Of a stretch of DNA of 64,000 nt, positions 12,239 to 22,331 are shown in pieces. The notes under the pieces are model-generated. The model saw only the letters and a list, made by a program, of their open reading frames with translations. It was not told where the DNA came from and made no database searches. The translations under genes and the position numbers were made by a program. Position 1 is the stretch's first letter, and each line of letters starts with the position of its first letter. The stretch lies in contig CAVSGI010000002.1 in NCBI GenBank assembly GCA_963727445.1, positions 96,001 to 160,000 on the forward strand, given 5' to 3'. Origin of the DNA: an uncultured delta proteobacterium (GTDB taxonomy: Bacteria; Myxococcota_A; Polyangia; Polyangiales; B10-G4).

Positions 12239-12342
12239 GGTCCACTAACGCTCGCTGAGAGAAACGTCCAGTGCAAGCTCGTAATTCCGCACGAATTGCG
12301 TGTGCTTGGGAACGGACGAGACCGCCCCGCTATTTCAACGGC

Positions 12343-13752
12343 TCAGAACTGCCCGATCGCGGCCGCGAAGAGGTCGACCTGGAACTGGTCGTCGATGCGG
12401 AAGCGGCGGCCCGGCAGGTCGATGTTGGCGCGGTGGTGCGGGTTGATGATGCCGCCGCGGCAGTTGCCGATGCGCGGATCGCCCGCCGAGGCGCTGAAGT
12501 TCGGATTGCACGCGTCCGAGTAGGTGATCATGTGCGGGGTCTCCCAGCCGAGGCGGGCTCCCACGCGGAAGCGGATGTACTCGGCGGCCTGGAGCTCGAT
12601 CGCCGGCTGGATGGACAGCCGCCCGTGGGGCTCGATGTCGGTCAGTCCCTGGAACATGACCTGGCGGCCGACGGGGTTGCCCATCATGTCGACGCCCTCG
12701 TAGTTGGGCGACGTGAGGTACGCGCTCTGGCTGGTGCCGAGGGCGTCGAAGAGGGGCGAGTAGTAGTGACCTTCAGAGATGTAGCGCCCCATCAGGCGGA
12801 TGTCGATCGTGAGGCGCTGGGCGCGGGGGCGAACCTCCCAGGGCACGATCGCCAGGCCGGCGGTGAGCTCGCCCTGGATGGGCGGCCTCACGTTGGTGAA
12901 GCCGTCGAGGTCGCCGCCGGGCTTGAACTGGTCCGAGGCCTGGGCCGGGAAGCCCGCCATGAAGTGCAGACCCGCGTAGGGCTCGACGTAGCGGAGGCGG
13001 TAGCTCGAGCGGGTCTCGAAGTGGAGCCAGTGAACGCCGTCGGAGATCCCGGGCTGGTTGCTGCCGTTGCATTTGCTGGTGGCGCTGTAGGGGAGGTTGT
13101 TGCCGCTCGCGTCGGCGGCGCAGGGTCGCATGGTGTTGCCGACGGCGAACTGACCAGAGAGCCTGACCACCCAGTTGGGGACCGAGTCGTCGCGGAACTG
13201 GTTGAAGATGCCCCAGGCGATGCCGACCTCGACGTTCGGGATCCCCGAACGGGTCATGGAGTTGAAGGGGACGTTGAAGATGGGGATCGTCGAGCCGTCG
13301 GGCTGCTCTTCCTGCCGGATCTGCTCGGAGAGCCGCTGGTCGGCCACATTGCCCGGCTGATTGATGGTGCGCGTGTCGCTGAGCACGATCGGCAGGTTCA
13401 TGAAGAGCGCGAGGTCGTGGAAGACCCCGAGCTGAAGGCCCACGTCGAGGATGTTCCGCTGGTGCTCGTATCCCCCCACCGGGATGTAGTTCGCGGAGTT
13501 GCGTCCGGTGGCGGTGGCGGGGTTGTTCACCTCGCGCTGAATGTTCCCCGTCGCGTACTCGCGCCGGAAGCCGAGCTGCACGTTGACGTCGAAGGGATCG
13601 TCCCCGTCGAGGGCGTCGATGACGTTGGTATAGCTCGAGGGCTCGCTGTAGAGCTTGAGCTCCTCGTCGGCGTCGCTCTGCGCCAGGGCGCTCGGGACGG
13701 GCGCCGCGATGACGAGCGCTAGTGCCAAGAATATCGGGGGCTTCCGCCTCAC
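12343..13752 (-). CDS. Secreted hypothetical protein, possibly an outer-membrane beta-barrel
   Basis: Signal peptide after a probable GTG start at 13752; alternating beta-strand pattern; C-terminal Phe. Confidence 0.55.
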   Translation of the reverse strand: MRRKPPIFLALALVIAAPVPSALAQSDADEELKLYSEPSSYTNVIDALDGDDPFDVNVQLGFRREYATGNIQREVNNPATATGRNSANYIPVGGYEHQRNILDVGLQLGVFHDLALFMNLPIVLSDTRTINQPGNVADQRLSEQIRQEEQPDGSTIPIFNVPFNSMTRSGIPNVEVGIAWGIFNQFRDDSVPNWVVRLSGQFAVGNTMRPCAADASGNNLPYSATSKCNGSNQPGISDGVHWLHFETRSSYRLRYVEPYAGLHFMAGFPAQASDQFKPGGDLDGFTNVRPPIQGELTAGLAIVPWEVRPRAQRLTIDIRLMGRYISEGHYYSPLFDALGTSQSAYLTSPNYEGVDMMGNPVGRQVMFQGLTDIEPHGRLSIQPAIELQAAEYIRFRVGARLGWETPHMITYSDACNPNFSASAGDPRIGNCRGGIINPHHRANIDLPGRRFRIDDQFQVDLFAAAIGQF

Positions 13753-13810
13753 GCCGCGAGCATACGTACCCCCTCGCGACAACGTCAAGCTTGGGGACAT
13801 CGTCCCCGAA

Positions 13811-14860
13811 TTACTCCCCCAGCAGCTCTTCTGCCCGGCTCTTGCGCTCGGCCGACACCTCGGCCCCTGCGAAGCCCTCCGCCGCCACGAGCTGCTGGAA
13901 TCGCGCGAGGGCGATCTGCCGGAGCCGCGAGCGACGCTGGGAATGCACCACGATCTCGCGTGTCAGCGCGCGCGCCCGCGTCGGATCGCTCTGGGCCACT
14001 TCGCGCTGCTCGTTGGCGAGGGCCTCGCCCCGCGCCAGCTCGGTCGCGAGCCAGTCGGCGGCTTCGTCGAAGTGTGCCCGGGCCGCCTCGGCGAGCGCCT
14101 GGGCCCCGCGCGGCGCGATGGCCGGCGTCGCCTCCACGAGCTGCGCAGCGGCCGCCCAACCCCCTTCGACTCGCGCAGGGGCCCGGGTGGCCTCCGCGAT
14201 GGCGCTGCGCCCGAGGACCCGCGCCTCCCCCTCGAGGAGCGCGAGCTTCGTGAGACGGCGCTCTTCCCCCTCGTCCGTGGCCAGCCCTCGGCTCAGCTCC
14301 GCCGCTCCGGAGAAGGTCACGACCCAGGTGTCCCCGCTCGGCAGCGCCGACACCAGGACGTCGGCGGCTCCACCCAGGTTCACCGTGCCCGCCGGGGTCC
14401 CGATCGTGAGCGGCGGCCGCGCCGAGCCGCCCACCGGGGGCAGCGTCGCGCGCAGGGTGCCGCGGAGGAGGTAGAGCTCGCCTTCGCGGAGCGTGCCTCG
14501 CACGACCTCCGTCCCGGCGCCGATCTCGGCGCGCATCTCCTGCAGCAGGTCCACCACCACTTTGCCGTCCTCGCCGGTGCGGATGACGCGACCCGCGTCG
14601 AACGCGTCCGACTCGCGCATCGGCTCGCCGTCGATCGTCACGGTGCCTGTCACCTCGCGCACGCGTCCCGTCAGACGGGACAGCTCCGCCAGCTCGTGCG
14701 GCGGGATCTGCTCCGCCTGGTGATGGCGGATGGGATCGATGGTCCCGGTCTCCGCTTCGGGCTCGTGGGTCTCGGCCTCGCCGCCGTCGTCGTCTCCGCA
14801 TCCGATGGCGAATGCACCGACGACGCAGAGCAGCGAGACAAAGGCTCGCCCCACCCTCAT
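13811..14860 (-). CDS. Lipoprotein with FecR-like beta domain and helical C-terminus
   Basis: MRVGRAFVSLLCVVGAFAIGC signal; IRTGEDG, LTIGTPAGTV FecR-like motifs; ATGA overlap with the phosphatase stop. Confidence 0.6.
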   Translation of the reverse strand: MRVGRAFVSLLCVVGAFAIGCGDDDGGEAETHEPEAETGTIDPIRHHQAEQIPPHELAELSRLTGRVREVTGTVTIDGEPMRESDAFDAGRVIRTGEDGKVVVDLLQEMRAEIGAGTEVVRGTLREGELYLLRGTLRATLPPVGGSARPPLTIGTPAGTVNLGGAADVLVSALPSGDTWVVTFSGAAELSRGLATDEGEERRLTKLALLEGEARVLGRSAIAEATRAPARVEGGWAAAAQLVEATPAIAPRGAQALAEAARAHFDEAADWLATELARGEALANEQREVAQSDPTRARALTREIVVHSQRRSRLRQIALARFQQLVAAEGFAGAEVSAERKSRAEELLGE

Positions 14861-16300
14861 TCTTCCGGCTTCGGGGACAGCCGCGGGTCCACCCGCGTCA
14901 CCGCGTCCTCGTCGATGTCGCCGAAATCGGCCGGCAGGTCGGACGCGGTCTCCTCCGGATCCGATTCGGGGGACGTGTCCGGATCGGGGCTCTCCGTGAG
15001 CTCCGTGATGTCGCCGGGGCTCAGCAGCTCGTCCGTGAGATCGAGAGAGAGCTGCTCGCGCGCCTCGCCGAGCTCGCGGCTGGTGGAGCGCAGGCGCTCC
15101 GTGAGGACGCCGAGGAAGCTCCACAAGAGCTTCACCGCCACGTCGTGATCCTTGCGGATGATGTCGAAGAAGTCGCGCCGGCGGATGGCGAGGAGCTTGC
15201 TCTCGTCGCTGGCGCTGACGCTCGCGCTGCGCGGGGCCTTGTCGACCAGCGCCATCTCGCCGAAGTGCTCGCCAGCGGCCGAGCTCGGTGAGCGGCGTCT
15301 CCCGCGAGTGCACCCGCACTTGCCGGTCAGGACGATGAAGAGCTCGTCGCCCTCCTCGCCTTCCTGGACCACGCTCTGCCCCGGCGTCGTAGCTGCGCAC
15401 GTCGGTGATGTTCAGCACGCGCACCAGCTCCTGGTAGGTCAGGTGCCGGAACAGCGGCATCCTGTGAAGGATGTCGAGCTTGAGGTTGACCTCGCGGGCG
15501 AGCTTGTCGACGCCGGCCTCGGCGTCGGGGACCCGCACCACGACCGCGGTGATGTTGTCCTTGCCGCCGCGCTCGTTCGCGAGGTCGATGAGGCGCTGCG
15601 TGAGCTGCTCCTCGGGCACGCTCTCGAAGAGCTTCGGGATCTCCGCCTCTTCGAGGTAGCCGCGAGAGCCCGTCGGAGCAGAGCAGGAAGCGGTCGCCCG
15701 CGAGCACGTCGAAGTCGATGGTGTCGACCTCCACGCTCTCGTAGACGCCGACCGCGCGGGTGACGGCGTTCTTGTACTGAACCTTGTCGATCTGCTCGCG
15801 CGCTGAGGCGCCCGCGCTTGAGCAGCTCGTTGATCAGCGAGTGGTCCTCGGTGAGCTGGTGGACCGAGCCCTGCCGATAGAGGTAGATGCGCGAGTCGCC
15901 GACGTGGGCGATGAAGCCGCGCGTTGCCGACGATCACCAGAGCGTCGACCGTCGTTCCCATGCCGCGCTTGGTCTCGTCCTTCTGCCCCTCGGCGTAGAC
16001 GGCGCTGCAGGCCTGCTGAACGCTCGACTCGAGGAGCCGGAGGATGTCCTGGCGCGACGTGCCGCCATGGCCCGTCTCGAACTCCATGCAGCATCTCGCT
16101 TCTCGGCGAGCGAGGGCGTCGCGAACGGTGCGGACGGCGAGGTTCGAGGCGACCTCCCCCGCCGCGTGACCACCCATCCCGTCGGCGACGACGTAGAGGT
16201 GGAGCTTCTTGTCGACGAGGAAAGCGTCCTCGTTGTGATCGCGGACCCGGCCGACGTCGGTGCCGGGCCAGAAGCGGATGGCGCTTTCGGTGGAGCTCAT
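14857..16300 (-). CDS. PP2C (Stp1-type) Ser/Thr phosphatase fused to a cNMP-binding domain; several frameshifts
   Basis: TDVGRVRDHNED, VADGMGGH, MGTT, AHVGDSR, LLCSDGL, GGKDNIT, then GEHFGEMAL..PRSASV, spread over three frames. Confidence 0.85.
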
Positions 16301-16538
16301 CTGGAGGGTCGTAGGAGGGTCGTTCCGCCGGCCGGCGGACGGGGGACCAGGGGGACGCCCCCCCAGAACCGAAGCGAAAAGTGTAGGTACTACGGGTCTC
16401 GACGGGCCGTCAACGGTCCGGGCGGACCCCCCCTGGGGCGCTTTGGGACGCCTTCGACGCCCACCTCCACATACCCCCAACGTTTAGGGAGTATTTTTCC
16501 ACCCTGTCCCCTCCCGAGGGGGAAAGACCACGCTCACC

Positions 16539-18138
16539 ATGTCGCTTCGCTCGTCTGCGGCTGCTCTCTTGCTTCTCACCACTGCCCTCGTCGCGTGCGG
16601 CGAGTCCCACGGTGACGAGGACACCGGTATCTCCTTCGACGCCATGATGCCGGACGGCGGCACCACGGATGGCGGGGGCGACGTGGTGGTGCCCCCCGCT
16701 GGCGACGTGGGCAACGCCTGCGACAGCGCCGCCATGTGCGACGAGCTCTGCATCGAGGCCGACATGGGGTTCCCCGACGGCTACTGCACCGTCGATTGCT
16801 CGCTCAGCGAGACCTGCCCCGACGGCTCGGTGTGCACTCAGGTGGCTGGAGGTGTCTTTCTCTGCCTCGCAGGCTGTGACCCCTCCGGGACGGAGCGCAG
16901 CTGCCGCAGCGGCTACGGATGCGCCTCGAGCCTGATGCTCGACGGTGCGGTCTGCATCCCGGGCTGCTACGACGACACCGATTGCCCGTCGGGCTCGACG
17001 TGCAACCCCGACGGCGGCTTCGCGGGCGAAGGGTCTTGCTACGATGCCTCCGCGAGCCTGGGCGATCCGTGCACCGACGATTCTGATGTGCCCGGCGGAT
17101 GCCTTCTGTCTCGGCGAGCGCTTCTCGGGCTGGCCTGGCGGGGCGTGCATTCGCGGCGGCTGCGATCCGGACTCCGGCTCCGGCTGCGACACGGGTGAGG
17201 TGTGCCTGCCCGCGGGCCGCGACGGCGCGTGCTTCGCCGGTTGCGCCACCGACGCTGACTGTCGCGACGACTACAGCTGCGCCGACTTCGCAGGCGACGG
17301 CACCCGCCGCTTCTGCGCGCCGGGCTGCACCTCCGACTCCGAGTGCAGCGGAGGCCGCGTCTGCAATCCTGCGCTCGGCACCTGCGACGTGCCCTTCACT
17401 GCCGGCGACATCGGCCGGGAGTGCTCCCGCAGCGACGACGTCTGCAACGGCGGCACCTGCCTCACCGAGTTCGAGAGCGGCTTCCCCTACTCGTACTGCG
17501 TGTACGTCGGCTGCGACGCGACGGCGGCCCCGTCGGCGTCGGGCTGTCCCACCGGCAGCGTGTGTGCGCCGACCGAAGGCGGCCTCGGCATCTGCCTCGA
17601 CGCGTGCAGCGGCGGCAGCGACTGCACGCGTGACGGGTACGACTGCCTGCCCAGCGATCGCGCCGATGTGACGAGCCCCACCGCGTGCATGCCTGCCTGC
17701 ACCAGCGACACCTCCTGCGGCAACATGGGCTTTCAGTGCAACGACGGCACCGGCCTGTGCCGCATGGCCTTCGATCCGACGAGCCTCGGCGAGCCCTGCG
17801 CGTCCGCGGACGACTGCGTCGGGGGCGCGTGCATCCGCGAGGCGGACGACGGCTGGCCCGGAGGCACCTGCGGCTATCCCGGCTGTCGTCTGAGCGGTTC
17901 GGGTCCCGCCGAGACCTGCCCCAGTGGCAGCGTCTGCGTCGACGACGAAGACGGCAGCCCGGAGATCGGCATCTGTCTGCCGGCGTGCTCCACGAGCGCC
18001 TCGAGCTGCCGGCCCGGCTACGCCTGCGTCACCGAGGGCAGCGCCACCGACGGCCACTGCGGACCGGCCTGCACCACCGACGTCCAGTGCACGGGCAGCC
18101 GCACCTGCGACACGGCCTCCGGACTCTGCACGCGCTGA
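16539..18138 (+). CDS. Cys-rich repeat lipoprotein; frameshift near 17088
   Basis: Lipobox LVAC; four repeats of G.C...C..G.C....(F/W)P.G.C...GC. Confidence 0.75.
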
Positions 18139-18153
18139 AGCCGCTAGCCATGG

Positions 18154-20016
18154 CTAGAGCAGCGCGTTGCCGCGCTTGAGCTGCTCGTCGATCGTCACCG
18201 CGGCGTTGATCAGGCCGAGGTGACTGAAGGCCTGCGGGAAGTTGCCGAGGCAAGCGAGCGTGCGGGGTTCGACCTCCTCGCCGAGCAGACCGAGGTGGTT
18301 GCTCGCGTCCTCCGCGTGTGCGGAGAAGACCCGCTCCGCTTCCTCCACTCGGCCCGCGAGCGCGAGCGCCTGCGCCAACCAGAATCCGCAGAGGATGAAG
18401 GCCCCCTCTTCGCCTCCGACACCATCGTCCATCTTGTACCGGTAGAGGAAGTCGCCGTCGCCGAGCTCGGCGCGGAGCCAGTCGATGGTCGCGACGGAGC
18501 GGGGGTCGGGCGCCGGCAAGAGCCCGTGAATCGGCGCGAGGAGCAGCGCCGCGTCGGCCTCTTCGATGCCGTAGGCGGTCACGAAGTGACGTCCCTTCGC
18601 GTCGAGCCCATTCGCCAGCACGTCCTGTCGCACGCGCTCGGACTCGACGGCGTAGCGCGCGGCGCGCGCCTTGTCGCCGAAGAGATGCGCGAGCCCCACC
18701 CCGTCCGAGAGCGCGAGCCAGCTCATGAGCTTGCTGTGCACGTTGTGTCGGGTGGGCCCGCGCGGCTCCCAGATGCCGTGATCCGGCGCCTGCCAACGCG
18801 CCTCGACCGCGTCGATGACCCGCCGGAGCGGTCGATACACACGCGCGCTGAGGCTCCCGTCGTAGCGCTCGTACATCGAGGCGCAGTCCACGAGCGCGCC
18901 CACGGTGTCGAGCTGGAGTTGATGCTGCGCGCCGTTGCCGATGCGCACCGGAGAGGAGCCGCCATAACCGGCGAGGTGCGTCAGCTCCACCTCTTCGGGC
19001 ACCGCCTCGCCATCGATGGCGTACATGATCTGCAGCTCGTCGATGCTGGTGAGGGTGTCGTGGACGAAGTGGAAGAAGTCGCGCGCCTCGGCCCGACAGC
19101 CGATGCGGTTCGCGGCGCGGATGGCCATCGCGGTGTCACGCGTCCAGGTGTAGCGATAGTCCCAGTTGCGCACGCCGCCGATCCACTCCGGCAACGACGT
19201 GGTGGGCGCCGCCACCATCGCGCCGCTGGGTGCGTAGATCAGCGCCTTGAGAAGGAGCGCCGATCGCAGCACGTGGTGACGCGCCGGACCATCGTAGCGA
19301 AGTCCCTGCGCCCAGCGCCGCCAGCTGTCGCGTGTGGTCCGAAGCTTGTCCCACGGCCGATGTGAGGCGGGGGACTCGACCGCGGGGATGCCCCAACCGA
19401 GGATCACCCACTGGCGCTGTCCGCGCTTCATGTGCAGGCGACCGACGAGACCACCCGAAGGACGCTCCTGAAGGTCGAGCGGACCGGTGGTGACGGCGAG
19501 ACGCTGGCCCGCACCGCTGACACACATCACGCCTTGTTCGGCTCGCTCGAAGCGGGTGGTGTCGCGGCCGTAGTCGAAACGCGGATCGATCACCAGATCG
19601 AGATCGACCGCGCCTTCGAGACACTCGACGCGCCTCAGCACCTCGTGATCCGCCCCGCGCGGATCGTTGGCGAAGGGCATGAAGTCCACGATGCGCACCA
19701 CGCCCTGCCCTTCGACGCGGAAGAGCGTCTCGAGGACGTTGGTGTCGTCGTCGTAGCGCTGCAGGCTCTCGAAGGGACGGGAGGAGGGCGTGATCGCCAT
19801 CTGGCCGCCGCGGTCGCGATCGAGGATCCCCCCGAAGATGCTCGGGCTGTCGAAGCGCGGCAGGCACAGCCAATCGATGGCGCCGTCGACGCGCACCAGG
19901 GCGGCGGTCCGGCCGTCTCCGATCAGGCCCCGGGCGCCGATGGGGAGCTCCCCCGTGTCTTCGGTTTCGAAGCGGAAGGGCTTCGCGATGCGCCGCGCGG
20001 TGCTGTACAGGTCCAT
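18154..20016 (-). CDS. Glycoside hydrolase family 15 (trehalase/glucoamylase-like)
   Basis: IGDGRTAALV, AAPTTSLPE..GGVRNWDYRYTW, GNFPQAFSHLGL. Confidence 0.93.
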   Translation of the reverse strand: MDLYSTARRIAKPFRFETEDTGELPIGARGLIGDGRTAALVRVDGAIDWLCLPRFDSPSIFGGILDRDRGGQMAITPSSRPFESLQRYDDDTNVLETLFRVEGQGVVRIVDFMPFANDPRGADHEVLRRVECLEGAVDLDLVIDPRFDYGRDTTRFERAEQGVMCVSGAGQRLAVTTGPLDLQERPSGGLVGRLHMKRGQRQWVILGWGIPAVESPASHRPWDKLRTTRDSWRRWAQGLRYDGPARHHVLRSALLLKALIYAPSGAMVAAPTTSLPEWIGGVRNWDYRYTWTRDTAMAIRAANRIGCRAEARDFFHFVHDTLTSIDELQIMYAIDGEAVPEEVELTHLAGYGGSSPVRIGNGAQHQLQLDTVGALVDCASMYERYDGSLSARVYRPLRRVIDAVEARWQAPDHGIWEPRGPTRHNVHSKLMSWLALSDGVGLAHLFGDKARAARYAVESERVRQDVLANGLDAKGRHFVTAYGIEEADAALLLAPIHGLLPAPDPRSVATIDWLRAELGDGDFLYRYKMDDGVGGEEGAFILCGFWLAQALALAGRVEEAERVFSAHAEDASNHLGLLGEEVEPRTLACLGNFPQAFSHLGLINAAVTIDEQLKRGNALL

Positions 20017-20097
20017 GCTCTTGGGATGAAGCCCGCGGTTGGACGGGCGCGAAAAGGTTCGCCCCCAGATGGGGGCTGGCGCAAGGAGGACGTACTT

Positions 20098-20967
20098 TCA
20101 GCGTCGAGGGCGGACGCGCCGGCGGAGCACGAGCGCCAGGAGCGCCAGCGCCCAGACGGGCTGCGGAAGGTCGCCCGTCCGGCCCGGCGACGCGGAGCAG
20201 AGCGGCTCGAAGAAGCTCCCCTGGATCGGATCGTCACAGAGCGGTGTGGCGCTGTCGTCCACGTTGCCCACTCCGTCCACCGCCACCACGCTCACACAGA
20301 CCGGAGACGCGATCTCGGAAGGCTCCGCGATGAAGGCCATGATCTGATTGCCGGCGCTTTGATTACGGAGCCTGGCACGGAGCTGAGGGGCGTCGACCTC
20401 CGGCCCGCGGCTCAGGTAGAGGAGATATTCGATGTCACCCGGGGGGCCGTCGTCCGTCGCTCCTTCGAACGAGACGTCGATGCGATACGAGCCGGCGGTG
20501 GCGTCGCAGGAGTCCTCCTCGATCTTGGTGGCGGTCATCTCGAGGACGCTGCCCGCGACCGGCGGCATGAGATCGAAGCTCGAGCCCGTGCGGAAGTTGA
20601 AGGGGAAGTCCGCGTCGAGGCCGAACGCCGTGCCCACGTAGATCGTGCCGGGAGCGAAAGGCTCGTCGGGGGTGAAGACCAGGATGTCCCCGACGGCGCG
20701 GGAGCGACCGGTGACCATCGGGCCGCTCTCACTGCCCTCGAAGACGACGATGGAGGTCGTGGGATCGGCGCCGATGACCGGATCGTCGAAGTACCCGGGC
20801 GGGTAGCGCACCTCGATGGGCGCGCCGAGGGTCACGTTGGGAGCGCCCACCGCCGGCGTGATCTCGAGGGGCGCGCGCAGGTCGGACCCGACGCACGTTC
20901 CTGCATCCTGCGCAGCGGCCACCGCAGAGACGGCGACGAGGGGAATCGCGAGGACGAGGGCGCGCAC
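20098..20967 (-). CDS. Ig-like domain surface protein with a MYXO-CTERM-like anchor
   Basis: Signal peptide, Big_5-like segment (LVFTPDEPFAPGTIY), C-terminal LCSAS...WALALLALVLRRR. Confidence 0.7.
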   Translation of the reverse strand: MRALVLAIPLVAVSAVAAAQDAGTCVGSDLRAPLEITPAVGAPNVTLGAPIEVRYPPGYFDDPVIGADPTTSIVVFEGSESGPMVTGRSRAVGDILVFTPDEPFAPGTIYVGTAFGLDADFPFNFRTGSSFDLMPPVAGSVLEMTATKIEEDSCDATAGSYRIDVSFEGATDDGPPGDIEYLLYLSRGPEVDAPQLRARLRNQSAGNQIMAFIAEPSEIASPVCVSVVAVDGVGNVDDSATPLCDDPIQGSFFEPLCSASPGRTGDLPQPVWALALLALVLRRRVRPRR

Positions 20968-21027
20968 GCCGAGAGTATAGCGCCGGGGCAGTGGGTGACC
21001 ACCGGCGACTCGTGGTATGAAGCGACG

Positions 21028-21726
21028 ATGAGCTGGCCCGAGGGGATGCGACGCGGCGCGCTCCTGGCCGCGATGCTCGCCGGCGATTCGAGCCTCGAGC
21101 GCGCGGGGCCCGCGCTCGGTGAACGAGGGGATGTGCTCGCGCTCGGGCCGCGCCTCGCGCCCGACGGCGACAAGCGGGCGCTGATCCGAGCGCTGGCCGG
21201 CTCGGTCGAAGCGAAGGTGAGCGCCACCGCGCCCGCCCCGGCGCGCGCGCGCGCGCTCCTCGCGCGCCGCGTCTCGCGCGAGGTGGGTGAGCGGTGGCTC
21301 GAAAGCGCCCCGAAGGTGCGCCGCGGCTTCCGCCCGCCGCGCGGCCTCTTGCGCAGCGTGGCGCACGCCCTCAGCGACGAGCGGGCGCCCGAGATCGATG
21401 ACGGCGCCGCGCTTCGAAGCGGCCGAATGCACCTCGCCGCCGCGATACGGCGCGCCGACGATTCGCGACGTGGGGAGCTACTTCACGGCATCTCCGCAGG
21501 CGAGGCGGCGTCGCTCCTCGCGCTCTCCGCACACGACGAAGGATGCACGCCGCCCACGTCGGCGATGCTCCTCGCGGCGTCTCTCGCGGAGGGAGACGCG
21601 CGGGTCGCCGCCCTCGGGCGCGTGGAGCGTGGAACGAAAGCCACCAAGACGCCGAAGGACGCGATGGCGCGCGCCGGACGGGAGCTCGCCGAGCTCGGGC
21701 TCGCCGGCGCCGAGGGGAGCGGTTGA
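21028..21726 (+). CDS. Hypothetical protein, translationally coupled to the FliH/SctL-like gene
   Basis: ATG at 21028; TGATG overlap with the next gene. Confidence 0.55.
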   Translation: MSWPEGMRRGALLAAMLAGDSSLERAGPALGERGDVLALGPRLAPDGDKRALIRALAGSVEAKVSATAPAPARARALLARRVSREVGERWLESAPKVRRGFRPPRGLLRSVAHALSDERAPEIDDGAALRSGRMHLAAAIRRADDSRRGELLHGISAGEAASLLALSAHDEGCTPPTSAMLLAASLAEGDARVAALGRVERGTKATKTPKDAMARAGRELAELGLAGAEGSG

Positions 21727-22280
21727 TGGCGCGGGTGATCCGCGGCGGCGGCCACGTCGTCCCCGGTGAGGTGGTGGACGCCCACGCCGAAGCCGAAAAG
21801 ATCCTCGCGGAAGCGAAAGCCCAGGCAGCAGCCGTCCTGTCAAAAGCGCGCGCCGAAGCCGAGGCCGTCGAGGCGGAGTCGGCCCGCCTCGGCCGCGAAG
21901 AAGCGGAGTCCGAAGCCGCCGCCCTGTTGGTGAGCGCTGCTGCTCTCCGCGATCGTGCCCTCGCCGAGGCCGAGGGCACGGTGAAGGAGCTGGCCATCGC
22001 GGCGGCGAAGCACATCGTCACCGCGGAGCTCTCGCTGAGCCCCGAGCGCATCGCTGACATCGTTCGCGACGTGCTCGGCCGGGCGCGTCGGGCCCGGCGG
22101 GTGGAGGTCCGAGTACATCCCGACGACGCCGCGCACCTGGGGGAGGCCTTTTCGGGGGCCCAGGTGGTCGAGGACGCCGGCATCGAGCGCGGCGGGTGCA
22201 TCGTGCGCACCGAGCTCGGCCAGCTCGACGCCCGCCTCGAGGTCCGCCTCGACGCCCTGGCGCGCCGCCTTTCGGGGTAG
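21726..22280 (+). CDS. FliH/SctL (YscL/HrpE) family stator protein
   Basis: Ala/Glu-rich helix, VEVRVHPDD, IERGGCIVRTELGQLDARLE. Confidence 0.85.
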   Translation: MARVIRGGGHVVPGEVVDAHAEAEKILAEAKAQAAAVLSKARAEAEAVEAESARLGREEAESEAAALLVSAAALRDRALAEAEGTVKELAIAAAKHIVTAELSLSPERIADIVRDVLGRARRARRVEVRVHPDDAAHLGEAFSGAQVVEDAGIERGGCIVRTELGQLDARLEVRLDALARRLSG

Positions 22281-22331
22281 GGCAAGCGGCGGAAATTTCG
22301 GCGCGATCCGCCCATTTGTTAGCTTCCGAGC

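Noticed and set aside
13811..16480. 889-aa phosphatase-FecR fusion ORF in the track
   Set aside because: Artefact of indels and GC-rich open frames; two genes with an ATGA overlap at 14857-14860 fit better
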